This document shows, in pieces, positions 41,065 through 53,096 of a DNA stretch of 64,000 bases. Origin of the DNA: Pelagibacteraceae bacterium AG-337-G06 (lineage in GTDB: Bacteria > Pseudomonadota > Alphaproteobacteria > Pelagibacterales > AG-422-B15). Location of the stretch: NCBI GenBank assembly GCA_003282175.1, contig QBZX01000007.1:4144-68143 (forward strand), in the 5' to 3' direction. Every line of letters starts with the position of its first letter. The first letter of the stretch is position 1. The position numbers and the translations under genes are program-made. The notes under the pieces were generated by a model. The model saw nothing but the letters and a program-made list of their open reading frames with translations, was not told the DNA's origin and did not search any database.

Positions 41065-42054
41065 TTATAATTTATCTATTTTTATAAAGTCATTGATTTC
41101 TTTAACGACGCCAATGGGGTCTTCGATCATTGGCATATGACCCATATTAGTGAAAATTTTTATTTTTAAATTATTTATATTATTCTCAAATGGTTTTGTT
41201 GCCCACAAACCAATGATATTATCTTTATCACCGTGTATCATCAAAGATGGTGCTTTAATTTGTTTTAATAAATTTTCATCATCTAACAACAAATCTTTTA
41301 CCTCATTCATCAATGCCATATCAGCTAATGCCTGCCTTGAACCCTCAAGCAGAGGTAAATCATAATACTGATCAACCATTTCATCTGTAACTAAGTTTTG
41401 GTCATAAACCGAAACCTTCGCCCCTTGTTTTGCAAAAAATTTTGGTGTGAAGTAAACAAATTTTTCTTTAAAAGGAAAATTAGCACCGATATATCTAAAT
41501 GCTTTAGGAATATTTTGCCTTTCAAACCTCTCAAGATCGCCTTCATTAAGAAGAACTCCTGATCCAACAAGTATTAATTTTCTTACCTGATCTGGATATT
41601 TAATGGCATAACGCCACGCAACTCTGCCGCCCATCGAATGACCTAAAAGGTAAAATTTATCTATACTTAATTTTTTAAGTACTTGATTTACTGTCTCAAT
41701 AAAAGACTCAACTGAATAATCCTTATTTGGTACTGCTCCAGTCAAACCAAATGCTGGAAAGTCTAAGCAGACTACTTTATATTTTTTAGATAGCTGAGGT
41801 ACAACTTTATCAAATGTGAACAATGAAGCTAAGTAGCCATGAAGTAAGACTAATACGGGTCCATCTGGATTTCCTTTAACTATAGTATGTATTCTTGAAC
41901 CATTATCTAGTGTAATAAATTTAGACTCAGATTTTGCATATTTCGCTTCTATTATATTTCTTGGAACATCATTCTTAAAAGATTTTAAAAAAGAATAAAT
42001 TAACCCAAGGATAATAAGCAATCCGATGATTAAGAAAATTAATGAATAAGACAT
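41065..42054 (-). CDS. Membrane-anchored alpha/beta hydrolase
   Basis: N-terminal TM, LLHGY oxyanion strand, GHSMGG nucleophile, GDKD, GHMP. Confidence 0.9.
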   Translation of the reverse strand: MSYSLIFLIIGLLIILGLIYSFLKSFKNDVPRNIIEAKYAKSESKFITLDNGSRIHTIVKGNPDGPVLVLLHGYLASLFTFDKVVPQLSKKYKVVCLDFPAFGLTGAVPNKDYSVESFIETVNQVLKKLSIDKFYLLGHSMGGRVAWRYAIKYPDQVRKLILVGSGVLLNEGDLERFERQNIPKAFRYIGANFPFKEKFVYFTPKFFAKQGAKVSVYDQNLVTDEMVDQYYDLPLLEGSRQALADMALMNEVKDLLLDDENLLKQIKAPSLMIHGDKDNIIGLWATKPFENNINNLKIKIFTNMGHMPMIEDPIGVVKEINDFIKIDKL

Positions 42055-42159
42055 ATCTATTTATTTGTTGTTGAAAATTATTATTATAATTTAGAGTAAC
42101 ACTTGTATCCTACTTAATCTATTATTTAAGTTGGAAAAAAATTTTAGGAGCAATACAAT

Positions 42160-43227
42160 ATGGAAAATACAGAAATAAATCCCGAAACACTAAAAAAGCT
42201 GCAACTTAAAATCATGCAGGATGTTTCTGCTTCAGCGATAATTCCATTGATGAGAATTGGTGATCAGCTTGGTATATTTAAGAAACTAAGTGAAATAGGA
42301 GAAGTCAGTTCAAATGAGTTAGCAAAAGCAACAGCACTTGATGAAAGATATCTAAGAGAGTGGCTGTATGCAGTTTCAGCTGCTGGGTTTGTTACATACA
42401 ATGAAGAAACACAAAAATTTTTATTAACTCCTGAACAAATTGCAGTTTTTGCAGATGATGATAGCCCTGCATCAATGATGGGAGCATATGATATGCTTAC
42501 TGGAGCAATACATAATGAGGATAAGGTCAAAGAAGCATTTAAAACTGGTGAAGGTGTTGATTATAAGGATTCATGTCCAATTTGTTTTCAAGGAACTGCC
42601 AGATTCTTTAAACCATCTTATGAAAAAAATTTAGTAACAAGCTGGCTTCCAAAAATTGAAAATCTTGAAGAACGAATGAATGCAGGAGCCAGTTTTGCCG
42701 ATATTGGGTGTGGTTATGGATTGTCAACTATGATAATCGCTCAGACTTTTCCAAACGCAAAAGTATGTGGCTATGATATACATGAGCCTTCAATTAAGGA
42801 AGCTGAGAAACTAGCTAAAGAAGCTGGGCTAGATGAAAGAATAAAATACATTACAGCAGATGCAAAAAGTTATCACGGTAAGCATGACTACATTGCTTTT
42901 TTCGATTGTTTACATGATATGGGAGACCCTGTAGGTGCTGCTAAATATGCATATAATCAACTAGAAGATGATGGCTCTGTAATATTAATTGAACCCACTG
43001 CAAATGATAAACCTCAAGATAACTTTAATCTTTTCGGACAAATGTATTACTCATTTTCAACAATTGGTTGCATTCCTACATCAAAATCTCAAGAAGTTGG
43101 CTTGGCATTAGGAGCACAGGCTGGACCCTCGAAATTAATAGGTGTATTAAACGAGGCAGGCTTTAAAAATTGCAAAGTGGTAAAAAAGAATGCAAGCAAT
43201 ATGGTAATTGAAGCTCGAAAAAATTAG
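42160..43227 (+). CDS. SAM methyltransferase with N-terminal winged helix (Rv2258c-like)
   Basis: ERYLREWL, ADIGCGYG, FDCLHDMGDPV, LGAQAG. Confidence 0.85.
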   Translation: MENTEINPETLKKLQLKIMQDVSASAIIPLMRIGDQLGIFKKLSEIGEVSSNELAKATALDERYLREWLYAVSAAGFVTYNEETQKFLLTPEQIAVFADDDSPASMMGAYDMLTGAIHNEDKVKEAFKTGEGVDYKDSCPICFQGTARFFKPSYEKNLVTSWLPKIENLEERMNAGASFADIGCGYGLSTMIIAQTFPNAKVCGYDIHEPSIKEAEKLAKEAGLDERIKYITADAKSYHGKHDYIAFFDCLHDMGDPVGAAKYAYNQLEDDGSVILIEPTANDKPQDNFNLFGQMYYSFSTIGCIPTSKSQEVGLALGAQAGPSKLIGVLNEAGFKNCKVVKKNASNMVIEARKN

Positions 43228-43236
43228 ATTATAAGC

Positions 43237-44085
43237 TTATTCTTCATAAGCAGCTATTGTAGTTCGATGCAAGAGTCTTTCTTGGCCCTCATAACCTCCT
43301 GTAGCTCTATGTAAAACACTTCTATTATCCCACATAATTAACATATCTTTTTTCCATTTGTGCTTATAGATAAATTCTTCCTGGCACTGCCACGCACTTA
43401 ACTCCATAAGTAATTTCATCGCATCTTGGTTATCCATGCCATCAATGCCGATGGTGTAACCTATTGTGCCATAAATGCCTTCCCTTTTTGTTTCAGGATG
43501 CTCCTTTATTATAGGATGCAATTGTTTTAAAAATGCTTCATCGGAGGCTCGTATGTCCATACTTCGTCCCATTTCTCTATCTTTATCTCCATATCCTCCT
43601 CCAGGCGAGTAGGGAATCAAGGCTGAATGGATTGCTTGCTTACCCTCTAGTTTTTTTCTAAGTGATGATGGCATCTTTTCTAATGCCAAATGCTGATTAG
43701 CGAATAAAGTATCACCACCTTGATTTGGAATAATCTTACCAAATAGGCAAGTACCGGCTGGTGGGTTTTCTTGAAAACTCCAGTCTGTATGCCAATTATC
43801 TGCAAAAATTGGAACATTTTCATTGGCTGTTCTTTTAACTGCAATAATATTTTCTCTTCCTGGAATTGGCGCTATGAAAGGATCATCTCCAAACGAGCCA
43901 AAGCAAAGAGTGAAACGTTCAAGATCGTCATCATTTAAATGTTGATTTGGAAAACTCAGCACATGATGCTCAAGCCATAAATCTCTTATCTCTGAAACCT
44001 GACTATCTGATAGGTCGTTGGTTAAATCAATTCCAATGATTTCAGCTCCACAAGCTTGATCAGATAAATTCACATTCAAACTCAT
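43237..44085 (-). CDS. TauD/TfdA family Fe(II)/2-oxoglutarate dioxygenase
   Basis: WHTD (HxD), GGDTLF, WDNRSVLHRA, RLLHRT. Confidence 0.92.
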   Translation of the reverse strand: MSLNVNLSDQACGAEIIGIDLTNDLSDSQVSEIRDLWLEHHVLSFPNQHLNDDDLERFTLCFGSFGDDPFIAPIPGRENIIAVKRTANENVPIFADNWHTDWSFQENPPAGTCLFGKIIPNQGGDTLFANQHLALEKMPSSLRKKLEGKQAIHSALIPYSPGGGYGDKDREMGRSMDIRASDEAFLKQLHPIIKEHPETKREGIYGTIGYTIGIDGMDNQDAMKLLMELSAWQCQEEFIYKHKWKKDMLIMWDNRSVLHRATGGYEGQERLLHRTTIAAYEE

Positions 44086-44133
44086 AGTTAACTAGACTAA
44101 TCAATAAGCTTTGTTTTGTAAATGTACTGAATT

Positions 44134-44210
44134 TGGTGGGCCCACTAGGACTCGAACCTAGGACAACTCCGTTATGAGCGGAGGGCTCTAACCAACTGAG
44201 CTATGGGCCC
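44134..44210 (-). tRNA. tRNA-Ile2 (CAU anticodon, lysidine-modified)
   Basis: GGGCCCATAGCTCAGTTGGTTAGAGCCCTCCGCTCATAACGGAGTTGTCCTAGGTTCGAGTCCTAGTGGGCCCACCA. G1:C72 rules out the initiator; C4:G69 and C5:G68 are TilS determinants; CCA is encoded. Confidence 0.9.
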
Positions 44211-44258
44211 CAACATGATTGTTATATACAATTAATAAAAGTATTATAGACCAATAAA

Positions 44259-46274
44259 TTAGTTTTTATCCAAAAAACTTTTAAGTAGTTTGGCTCTAGT
44301 CGGGTGCTTTAACTTGCGTAATGCTTTAGCTTCAATTTGTCTAATTCGCTCTCTTGTAACTGAAAATTGCTGACCTACTTCCTCTAATGTATGATCTGAA
44401 TTCATTCCAATTCCGAACCTCATTCTAAGCACCCGCTCCTCCCTTGGAGTTAGAGAAGATAGTATTTTTGTTGTTGTTTGCCTTAAATTAGAATTAATTG
44501 CAGCATCAATTGGAATAACGGCATTTTCATCATGTATAAAATCACCTAAGTGACTGTCTTCTTCATCACCCACTGGTGTTTCAAGACTTACTGGTTCTTT
44601 TGCTATTTTTAAAACCTTTCTTACTTTTTCGAGAGGCATATTTAATTTAATTGAAATTTCTTCTGGAGTTGGCTCTCTGCCAATCTCATTTAATAGTAGT
44701 CTTTGTGTTCTAACAATCTTGTTAATAGTCTCGATCATGTGCACGGGGATCCTGATTGTTCTTGCCTGGTCTGCTATGGAGCGTGTTATAGCTTGCCTAA
44801 TCCACCAAGTTGCATAGGTCGAGAACTTATATCCTCTTCGATACTCAAACTTATCAACTGCCTTCATAAGGCCAATATTGCCTTCTTGTATGAGATCAAG
44901 AAATTGTAAACCTCTATTTGTATATTTTTTAGCAATTGAAATAACTAATCTAAGATTTGCTTCTATCATCTCTTTTTTTGCTATACTAGATTCTCGCTCA
45001 CCTTTTTGAACATTACTAACTATTCTTTTAAATTCATTTAAGGTTAATCCAATATTACTTGCTGATGCTCTTACTTCATTCATTATATTTTTAATGCTAT
45101 TTTTTTCTGATTTAACAAATTTTTCCCACCCCGTTAGTCTAGTAATTTTTCTTAGCCAATATGGATTATTTTCATTGCCCACATATTTATCTAAAAATTC
45201 TTCTCGTGAAATTTTATACTGCATTGCTAGACGTAAAAGCTTTCCTTCTAGAGAAACTACCTCTTTATTAATAAAATATAATTTGTTAATTAATTCTTCA
45301 ATTTTATTTGTATTAATTTGCAAGCCTTTAATCAAAGCCACTACAGCAACTTTTGATAGTTGATAATTTTTTTCAGATTTTGCTGGAAACGCTTTTCCTT
45401 TTTCTTGAAATACAATTTTGTCCTGTTGAAGTTTTTGTAATTTTTTAAAACTTTTATGTAATTTTTTAAATGTTTCTAGAATTGTAGGCTTTAACTCTTC
45501 TTCCATTATTGCAATAGAGACGTTCAATTCATCATCAGAATCTTCATATTCCTCAGCAGTCTGATCTGATTTGGTTTCTATCATCGTCTCGGTATCATCT
45601 CCATAAATTGAGGACTTTTTCTCAGCTTCTTTTCGTTTTCTTATTTCTTCCTTTTCTTCCTGTTCTTTTCTTTTTTTTGCCTCTTTTATTTTTTTACTAA
45701 GCTCTTTTTTGTTTGGAGACTCTTCGAATAAAGACTCCAAATCTATTACTTCCCTTAAAGTAATTTTTTCATCAATTATTTCATCCCTCCAATCAAGTAT
45801 TGCTTTTAATGTCAATGGACTTTCACATAATCCAGAAATCATTGCTTCTTGACCAGCTTCTATTCTTTTTGCGATTGCAATTTCACCCTCACGAGAAAGA
45901 AGATCAACTGTACCCATTTCTCTTAAATAAAGTTTTACAGGGTCATCTGTTTTTTCAGTTCCCGTTTTAGTTCCTGCAGTTTCATCATCCTTATCATCAT
46001 CATTATCTGAATCGTCTGAGTCAATAATATCAAAACCTACTTGTGATAACTTTGAAGTATAATGCTCAATTTGCTCTGAAGTGAATTTATCTTCTGGAAA
46101 TGATTTTTTTATCAATTCATTTGTTAGATATCCATCTTTCTTACCCTGCTTGATTAGCTTTTTTATAATAGACTTTTCTAAATCTAAAACAGGTCCATCC
46201 TGATCATTTGCTTGAGATTCATTTATTTCAGGTGATTGCTTTACTTGCTTCTTTTTTCTGCCACGTTTTTTCAT
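44259..46274 (-). CDS. rpoD: Primary sigma factor RpoD
   Basis: [64 protein letters not shown]. Confidence 0.98.
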   Translation of the reverse strand: MKKRGRKKKQVKQSPEINESQANDQDGPVLDLEKSIIKKLIKQGKKDGYLTNELIKKSFPEDKFTSEQIEHYTSKLSQVGFDIIDSDDSDNDDDKDDETAGTKTGTEKTDDPVKLYLREMGTVDLLSREGEIAIAKRIEAGQEAMISGLCESPLTLKAILDWRDEIIDEKITLREVIDLESLFEESPNKKELSKKIKEAKKRKEQEEKEEIRKRKEAEKKSSIYGDDTETMIETKSDQTAEEYEDSDDELNVSIAIMEEELKPTILETFKKLHKSFKKLQKLQQDKIVFQEKGKAFPAKSEKNYQLSKVAVVALIKGLQINTNKIEELINKLYFINKEVVSLEGKLLRLAMQYKISREEFLDKYVGNENNPYWLRKITRLTGWEKFVKSEKNSIKNIMNEVRASASNIGLTLNEFKRIVSNVQKGERESSIAKKEMIEANLRLVISIAKKYTNRGLQFLDLIQEGNIGLMKAVDKFEYRRGYKFSTYATWWIRQAITRSIADQARTIRIPVHMIETINKIVRTQRLLLNEIGREPTPEEISIKLNMPLEKVRKVLKIAKEPVSLETPVGDEEDSHLGDFIHDENAVIPIDAAINSNLRQTTTKILSSLTPREERVLRMRFGIGMNSDHTLEEVGQQFSVTRERIRQIEAKALRKLKHPTRAKLLKSFLDKN

Positions 46275-46275
46275 A

Positions 46276-48084
46276 TCAATTTTTTGCTAAACTCTCTTTT
46301 TTTATTTTTAAAAAATTTTCATAACTTTTCTGATCCATATTCTTCTCTAAATCTCTAAAAGCTTGCGACAAATCTTTTTTTTCAAGTAGCTGATTGTGTA
46401 AATCAAGTAGTCCTAAAAAACTTTTTTCAACTATTTCGAAATCACTTTTTATGACTGATCTGTAAGTTTTAAGCAGATTAGATTTGTATATGAGTGCAAT
46501 TTCTAGTGAAAACCCCTTTTCTAGTAAATATGACTTAAAGTCAAAGTTTTCAAGATATTTATCTGAATTTGTTGATCCAAATTCAATGATTTCTAATACT
46601 AATTTTGCTAATTTAAGGTCATTAAATCTAATTTTTCCCAATTCCTCGATGTACTTAAATAAAAGTGATGGATTCTCAATTATGTGCATCAAAATAATTT
46701 TTTCTCTAATGACTGAGTCGTGACTTGATTGATTAACCCTATCACTATTATAAATCTCTTTTGAAACTTTATTATCAATACGACGCGAGTACGAAGAACT
46801 ATTTTGAAACTGCGATCTTTTAAGAAAATTAATTTTATCATTAAATTCTTTGAAATAATAATCCCTTACTGTTTGGTTATCAATTTTACTTATGATTGAC
46901 TTAATTCTTTTTTCAAATCCAGCTTTTTTTTCTGGAGTTGAAATATCATCTTTTTCTAATTCTACTTTCCAAATAAATTCTGATAGAGAATATGAGTTGT
47001 TCAAAAGCCTCTTAAATTCTTCGGGACTATTTTTTAATAGAAAATCATCTGGGTCATAATCACTTGGCAATATGCAAAACCTTGCTGATAAGTCTGGCGA
47101 TATATTACTTAATGCCAAAACTGCTGCACGCTCAGCTGCTTTTTGACCAGCTTCATCACCATCAAACATAATAATTGGACTATTGCATACTTTCCAGGCT
47201 CTTTGTAGTTGATAACTTGTGAGTGCAGTGCCTAAAGGAGCAACGGTGGTCTTAAAGTTATTCTGATATAAGGATATTACATCCATATAACCTTCAACTA
47301 TGATTAAATTTTCAACTTTTCTATTCTCTTCAATTGCTAAATTAAGATTAAATAGGTTGAAACTTTTTTTAAAAATTGGACTGTCAGAAGAATTGATATA
47401 TTTAATATTTGAGTCATCTAAAGCTCTTCCTCCAAATGCAATTAAGTTTGACTTATAATCTTTAATCGGAAACATCAGTCTGTTTCTAAAGAAATCGTAG
47501 TATTTATTTTCTTTATGTTTTGAATTTTTTATAAGTCCCAATGATAAAGCATCCTCGATATTTACTCCAATCTTCTTAAAATGCAGATAAAGCTGATTAC
47601 TTTGGGATCCTGCAAATCCCAAATCAAATTTTTCCCACATGTCACTGTTGACTTGTCTTTTCTCTAAATATTTCTTGATCCCCTCACTCTGTTTCAACAT
47701 TGACGAGTAAAATTTATTGGCCTCAATCATAATACTTCTTAGACTTGCATAGTTTTTTTCTACATAGTTTGAGTCCTTTATAATTCCGGATTCAGGATTG
47801 AGACCTGCTTGCTTAGCAAGGTACTCTATTGAATCAGGATAAGACATATTTTTATGCTTCATAAGAAATGAAAATATATCTCCATGTTCTGCGCTACTAA
47901 AACAATGAAAAAACTCTTTCTCATCATTAACTGTAAATGATGGTGTCTTCTCATTCTTAAATGGACTTAATCCTACAAATTCATTGCCGCGCGGTGTTAG
48001 CTTTACAAATTTACCTACAACCTCAGAAACCCTAAGTCTTGACTTGATTTCAGTAATAAATTCTTTTGAGTATCTGGGCATCAA
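46276..48084 (-). CDS. dnaG: DNA primase
   Basis: [38 protein letters not shown]. Confidence 0.96.
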   Translation of the reverse strand: MMPRYSKEFITEIKSRLRVSEVVGKFVKLTPRGNEFVGLSPFKNEKTPSFTVNDEKEFFHCFSSAEHGDIFSFLMKHKNMSYPDSIEYLAKQAGLNPESGIIKDSNYVEKNYASLRSIMIEANKFYSSMLKQSEGIKKYLEKRQVNSDMWEKFDLGFAGSQSNQLYLHFKKIGVNIEDALSLGLIKNSKHKENKYYDFFRNRLMFPIKDYKSNLIAFGGRALDDSNIKYINSSDSPIFKKSFNLFNLNLAIEENRKVENLIIVEGYMDVISLYQNNFKTTVAPLGTALTSYQLQRAWKVCNSPIIMFDGDEAGQKAAERAAVLALSNISPDLSARFCILPSDYDPDDFLLKNSPEEFKRLLNNSYSLSEFIWKVELEKDDISTPEKKAGFEKRIKSIISKIDNQTVRDYYFKEFNDKINFLKRSQFQNSSSYSRRIDNKVSKEIYNSDRVNQSSHDSVIREKIILMHIIENPSLLFKYIEELGKIRFNDLKLAKLVLEIIEFGSTNSDKYLENFDFKSYLLEKGFSLEIALIYKSNLLKTYRSVIKSDFEIVEKSFLGLLDLHNQLLEKKDLSQAFRDLEKNMDQKSYENFLKIKKESLAKN

Positions 48085-48131
48085 TGAAGTATAGTACCTA
48101 ATTTTAGGAAAAAATAGTTAGCAAATTACAA

Positions 48132-48596
48132 CTATTTTTGTAGCTTTTCCTTTATTATTTTGCTTGCAAGTGACATGTCTAAAGAAGAAGAACTGTTATC
48201 TTTTAGATATTTTATTACTTTACCGATTTCTTTAAGGTTTGAAGCTTCAGTTATGTGGATTGCCTTATCACATATTTTTGCCGTTTCTTCTTCACTCAGC
48301 TGTTTTGGTAAAAATTCACTGATAATTGTAATTTCTAATTTCTCTTTTTCTGCAAGCTCAATACGATTTGCTTTTTCAAACATTTCAATCGAATCGTTTC
48401 GTTGCTTTACCATCTTTTTTAAAAGTTGTATAATAGCCTCTTCTAATATTTCAGAGTCCTCTCCAGAAGAGCGACTAGCAATCTCTTTATCTTTTATTGC
48501 CGCTATTATTAACCTTAATGTATGGATTCTCTCTTTATCACCATTTTTCAGTGCCTTTGACAATTCATTTGTAATTATATCTTTCATACGGGACAA
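48132..48596 (-). CDS. GatB/YqeY domain protein
   Basis: TLRLIIAAIK, KQRNDSIEMF, EFLPKQLSEEE; start could be ATG 48587. Confidence 0.9.
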   Translation of the reverse strand: MSRMKDIITNELSKALKNGDKERIHTLRLIIAAIKDKEIASRSSGEDSEILEEAIIQLLKKMVKQRNDSIEMFEKANRIELAEKEKLEITIISEFLPKQLSEEETAKICDKAIHITEASNLKEIGKVIKYLKDNSSSSLDMSLASKIIKEKLQK

Positions 48597-48660
48597 ATAA
48601 GAAAACTATATCAACTAATCTTAAGTATCAATAAAAGTTAAAATAATTATTATCTTACTA

Positions 48661-48702
48661 TTGCATCAAGCATTCATTTGCCCTAGATTCCTATAAATCT
48701 AG
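48661..48702 (+). promoter_or_regulatory. Candidate carA promoter with an inverted repeat over the -10 element
   Basis: TTGCAT-N17-TAGATT (48661-48689); CTAGATT-cctata-AATCTAG inverted repeat at 48683-48702. Confidence 0.4.
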
Positions 48703-48712
48703 AATCATATTT

Positions 48713-49864
48713 ATGTTCAAGTCGAATAGGTTGAAAAAAGATCGCAAATCCGCTCGATCTAAACCTATTTTAGGAAAGCTTATCTTAGAAGACGGAACTT
48801 CTTTCCATGGTATAAAAATTGGATCAGACATTAATTCTATTGGTGAAGTTTGTTTCAATACATCAATGACCGGTTATCAAGAGATTATTACTGATCCATC
48901 ATACGCGGGTCAAATAATTAATTTTACATTTCCTCATATTGGAAATGTAGGTACTAATTTCCTAGATAATGAGTCGTCAATATCCTATGCAAAAGGCATA
49001 ATAATTAATTGTGATATTTCTGATCCATCTAACTTTAGATCTATACAGCATTTAGATACATGGCTTGTAAAAAAAGGCATTCCTGGATTATGCAATATAG
49101 ATACAAGATCAATTACCAATAGAATAAGATCTAAAGGGGCTCCAAAAGGAGGGATAGTTAAAAAACTAACAAATAAAAAATATGAGAAAAATTTTCTTAT
49201 AGAGATTAAAAAGTGGCAGGGACTTAATAATCTTGATCTTGCAATTGACGTAACACGTAAAAAAATTGAGAAATTTAAAAGTAAATCAAAATCAAATTTA
49301 AATATAGTAGCCATTGATTATGGTATGAAACAAAATATTTTAAATTGCCTACTAGAATTAAATATAAATATAATTGTTGTTCCTGCAAACACTGCAACAG
49401 ATGAAATATTAAAGTATAACCCTGATGGAATTTTTTTATCTAATGGTCCTGGAGACCCAAAAGCAACAGGCAGATATGCTATACCAACTATAAAAGAATT
49501 AATTGATCAAAAAATTCCTATATTTGGGATCTGTTTAGGGCATCAATTAATATCTCTTGCGCTAGGAGCTAAGACAAAAAAAATGTTTCAAGGCCATCGA
49601 GGCGCAAATCACCCTGTTCAAAATCTAGAAAATAATAAAGTAGAGATAACATCTCAAAATCATGGCTTTGTAGTTACTGAAAAGTCTATTCCTAAAAATG
49701 TAAAGATCACTCATAAATCTTTATTTGATGGAAGTGTTGAGGGAATAGAGCATAAGCATAAAAAGATTTTTGCAGTTCAATACCATCCAGAAGCAAGTCC
49801 TGGACCTCACGATAGTCAGTATCTTTTTCAAAAATTTAAAAGGATGATTAGAAGTAGTGCCTAA
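48713..49864 (+). CDS. carA: Carbamoyl-phosphate synthase small subunit
   Basis: [39 protein letters not shown]. Confidence 0.97.
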   Translation: MFKSNRLKKDRKSARSKPILGKLILEDGTSFHGIKIGSDINSIGEVCFNTSMTGYQEIITDPSYAGQIINFTFPHIGNVGTNFLDNESSISYAKGIIINCDISDPSNFRSIQHLDTWLVKKGIPGLCNIDTRSITNRIRSKGAPKGGIVKKLTNKKYEKNFLIEIKKWQGLNNLDLAIDVTRKKIEKFKSKSKSNLNIVAIDYGMKQNILNCLLELNINIIVVPANTATDEILKYNPDGIFLSNGPGDPKATGRYAIPTIKELIDQKIPIFGICLGHQLISLALGAKTKKMFQGHRGANHPVQNLENNKVEITSQNHGFVVTEKSIPKNVKITHKSLFDGSVEGIEHKHKKIFAVQYHPEASPGPHDSQYLFQKFKRMIRSSA

Positions 49865-52800
49865 AAGAAATGATATTAAATCAATACTGGTAGTAGGCGC
49901 TGGACCAATTGTCATAGGCCAAGCGTGTGAATTTGATTATTCAGGTACGCAGGCCTGTAAGGCGTTAAGGGAAGAAGGGTATAGAGTAATTTTAATTAAT
50001 TCAAACCCTGCTACTATTATGACTGACCCTGACACAGCTGATGCAGTTTATATTGAACCAATTACTCCTGATATTGTAACTAAGATAATAACCAAAGAAA
50101 GGCCGGATGTAATGTTGCCTACTATGGGAGGACAGACAGCATTAAATATTGCTATTGATCTTTCTAATAATGGAATCCTTAAAAAGTATAAAGTTGAACT
50201 AATAGGAGCAAATCTTAAAGCAATAAAAAAAGCAGAAGAAAGAGAGAGGTTTTATAAGGCAATGTTAAAAATTGGCCTTGAATGTCCTCGAGCAGAGATA
50301 GCTAGAAATTATAAAGATGCAAAGAGGGCCTTAAAAAAAATTGGACTCCCAGTAATTATTAGACCCTCATTTACCCTGGGAGGTACAGGAGGAGGAATCG
50401 CGACTACAGAAAAACAATTTGATGAAATAGCTAATTCAGGTCTCCACAGTTCTCCAATTAGTGAAATTTTAATTGAAGAATCGGTTGCTGGTTGGAAAGA
50501 ATATGAAATGGAGGTTGTCAGAGATCGAAATGATAATTGTATTATAATTTGCTCAATTGAAAATATAGATCCAATGGGAATTCATACTGGTGACTCCATT
50601 ACGATTGCGCCTGCACTTACATTAACAGATAAAGAATTCCAAATAATGAGGAATGCCTCTATCGCCTGTCTAAGAGAAATTGGAGTTGAAACTGGTGGTT
50701 CAAATGTTCAATTTGCTGTAAATCCAAAAAATGGTCGTCTTGTTATCATTGAAATGAACCCAAGAGTATCAAGATCATCAGCATTGGCTTCTAAGGCTAC
50801 AGGGTTTCCAATTGCTAAAATTGCTGCAAAACTTGCAGTAGGATATACTTTAGATGAGTTAAGAAATGAAATTACAAAAGTAACACCCGCTTCCTTTGAA
50901 CCAACAATTGACTATGTAGTAACAAAGATACCAAGATTTACGTTTGAAAAATTCCAACTAACAAAACCGCTTCTTTCTAGTTCGATGAAATCTGTTGGTG
51001 AGGTCATGGCCATAGGCAGATCATTTCCCGAGTCACTCCAAAAAGCAATGAGATCCCTTGAAATTGGTTTAGAGGGACTTGATGAAGTAAAAACAAATAT
51101 AAATAATAAAAAACTAAATAAAAAAAATATAATCGGTGAACTTAAGAAACCTTTAGCGGATCGTCTCTTACTTATTGCGCAAGCTCTGCGTCTCGGTAAT
51201 TCGGTCAAAGATATTTATAATGCTTCAAAAGTTGATAAATGGTTTATTGAACAAATTAAGCAAATTATAGATAAAGAGATTGAACTTAAATCAAAAGGTT
51301 TTCCAAAAAAGCCTGGTGAGATTTTAAAAATTAAAGCTTTAGGGTTTTCAGACAAAAAAATATCCCAACTATGCGGGTTGAGTGAGAAAAAAGTATTTGA
51401 CTTAAGGAAAAAAAATAAAATATTTCCAGATTTTAAAAGAATTGATACGTGTGCAGCTGAATTTAAATCAATGACTCCTTACATGTATTCAACATATTCA
51501 AAAAATTATCTCGATAGAGATACCTGCGAGTCGAATCCATCAGCCAAGAAGAAAGTAATCATATTGGGGAGTGGTCCAAACAGAATCGGTCAAGGAGTTG
51601 AATTTGATTATTGTTGCTGTCACGCATCATTTGCACTTAAAGAACTTAAATATGAGACAATTATGATAAATTGTAACCCTGAAACTGTATCAACAGATCC
51701 AGATACAAGTGATCGACTGTATTTTGAGCCGCTAGCTGAAGAGAATGTTTACGACATAATATTAAAAGAAAAAACTAAAGGTAAATTGCTGGGTGTCATC
51801 GTACAGTTTGGAGGTCAAACCCCTCTGAAACTAGCATCATTTTTAAACAAAATGAGAATTCCAATTCTTGGAACATCAAAGAAGTCTATTGATGCTGCTG
51901 AAGATCGAGAGAAATTTAAAAAAATATCAGAAGACTTAAATCTTTTACAGCCTGCAAACGGTATAGCCTTTTCAGAAAAGCAAGCTTTCGAGGTGATTAA
52001 TAAAATTGGTTTCCCTGCTGTCATCCGGCCATCATATGTTTTAGGTGGAAGAGCAATGGAAATTGTTCATAATAAAGATGAGCTCAAGAAATATTTTAAA
52101 GAAGCGGTAATTGTATCTGGCGATAGTCCGGTACTGATAGATCATTATTTGAAAGACTCAATTGAGGTTGATGTAGACGCTGTGTCTGATGGAAAAAAGG
52201 TAATTATTGCAGGTATTATGGAGCATATTGAAGAAGCGGGAATTCATTCAGGCGATTCAACCTGTACACTTCCTCCATATTCATTATCAGAAAAAATTAT
52301 AAAAAATATTGAGAAACAAACAAAAAAACTTGCAATGGCCCTTCATGTAAAAGGTCTTTTGAATATTCAATTTGCGATACAAAATAATAATATCTTTCTT
52401 TTAGAAGTTAACCCTAGAAGTAGTAGAACAGTTCCTTTTGTCGCAAAAGCAACAGGAAATCCAGTTGTTAAGATTGCACTAAATGTTGCAATGGGTAAAA
52501 AATTAAGTACGAGAGATTTTAAAGAAAATAAAAAAAAATATATTTCAATTAAAGAACCAGTCTTTCCTTTCAAAAGATTTCCTAATGTTGACACAATATT
52601 AGGACCCGAAATGAAGTCGACTGGAGAAGTCATGGCAATTGATACATCATTTGAGGCAGCATTTATCAAATGTCAATTAGCTTCATCAAACCCCCTTCCA
52701 AAAAAAGGTAATTTATTTGTTTCCGTTAAGAATTCTGATAAGCCAAAAATAGTACCGATTGTTAGGTCCTTTCAAAAACTTGGATTTAAAATTAAGGCTA

Positions 52801-53096
52801 CTCATGGGACGGCTTCATATTTAATGGATCAAGGAATTAATGTTAGTAAAATTAATAAAGTGTCTCAAGGTTCACCCCACATAGTGGAAGATTTATTAAA
52901 TGAGAAAATAGACATACTGATCAACACAACAGAGGGCAGAAAATCAATAAATGACTCCTTTAGCGTGAGAAGAACAGCATTAATGAAAAGTTTACCCTAC
53001 TTTCTCACTATATCAGGGGCAAGAGCAGCCATAAATTCAATTAAGGAATTACGAAACAACGATCTTGAAGTAAATCAAATAACGAGTTTTCACTAA
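49857..53096 (+). CDS. carB: Carbamoyl-phosphate synthase large subunit
   Basis: [44 protein letters not shown] domain; GTG start. Confidence 0.98.
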   Translation: MPKRNDIKSILVVGAGPIVIGQACEFDYSGTQACKALREEGYRVILINSNPATIMTDPDTADAVYIEPITPDIVTKIITKERPDVMLPTMGGQTALNIAIDLSNNGILKKYKVELIGANLKAIKKAEERERFYKAMLKIGLECPRAEIARNYKDAKRALKKIGLPVIIRPSFTLGGTGGGIATTEKQFDEIANSGLHSSPISEILIEESVAGWKEYEMEVVRDRNDNCIIICSIENIDPMGIHTGDSITIAPALTLTDKEFQIMRNASIACLREIGVETGGSNVQFAVNPKNGRLVIIEMNPRVSRSSALASKATGFPIAKIAAKLAVGYTLDELRNEITKVTPASFEPTIDYVVTKIPRFTFEKFQLTKPLLSSSMKSVGEVMAIGRSFPESLQKAMRSLEIGLEGLDEVKTNINNKKLNKKNIIGELKKPLADRLLLIAQALRLGNSVKDIYNASKVDKWFIEQIKQIIDKEIELKSKGFPKKPGEILKIKALGFSDKKISQLCGLSEKKVFDLRKKNKIFPDFKRIDTCAAEFKSMTPYMYSTYSKNYLDRDTCESNPSAKKKVIILGSGPNRIGQGVEFDYCCCHASFALKELKYETIMINCNPETVSTDPDTSDRLYFEPLAEENVYDIILKEKTKGKLLGVIVQFGGQTPLKLASFLNKMRIPILGTSKKSIDAAEDREKFKKISEDLNLLQPANGIAFSEKQAFEVINKIGFPAVIRPSYVLGGRAMEIVHNKDELKKYFKEAVIVSGDSPVLIDHYLKDSIEVDVDAVSDGKKVIIAGIMEHIEEAGIHSGDSTCTLPPYSLSEKIIKNIEKQTKKLAMALHVKGLLNIQFAIQNNNIFLLEVNPRSSRTVPFVAKATGNPVVKIALNVAMGKKLSTRDFKENKKKYISIKEPVFPFKRFPNVDTILGPEMKSTGEVMAIDTSFEAAFIKCQLASSNPLPKKGNLFVSVKNSDKPKIVPIVRSFQKLGFKIKATHGTASYLMDQGINVSKINKVSQGSPHIVEDLLNEKIDILINTTEGRKSINDSFSVRRTALMKSLPYFLTISGARAAINSIKELRNNDLEVNQITSFH

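Noticed and set aside
44134-44210. tRNA-Met call for the CAU tRNA
   Set aside because: No C1:A72 mismatch or three G:C anticodon-stem pairs of the initiator; the acceptor stem carries Ile2/TilS determinants.
29383-44210. Prophage or integrative element with att sites
   Set aside because: No integrase, phage or transposase genes, and no duplicate of the tRNA 3' end found by eye.
48160-48600. 146-aa plus-strand ORF opposite yqeY
   Set aside because: Fully antisense to a conserved gene, low-complexity Ser/Ile/Phe content, no motif.
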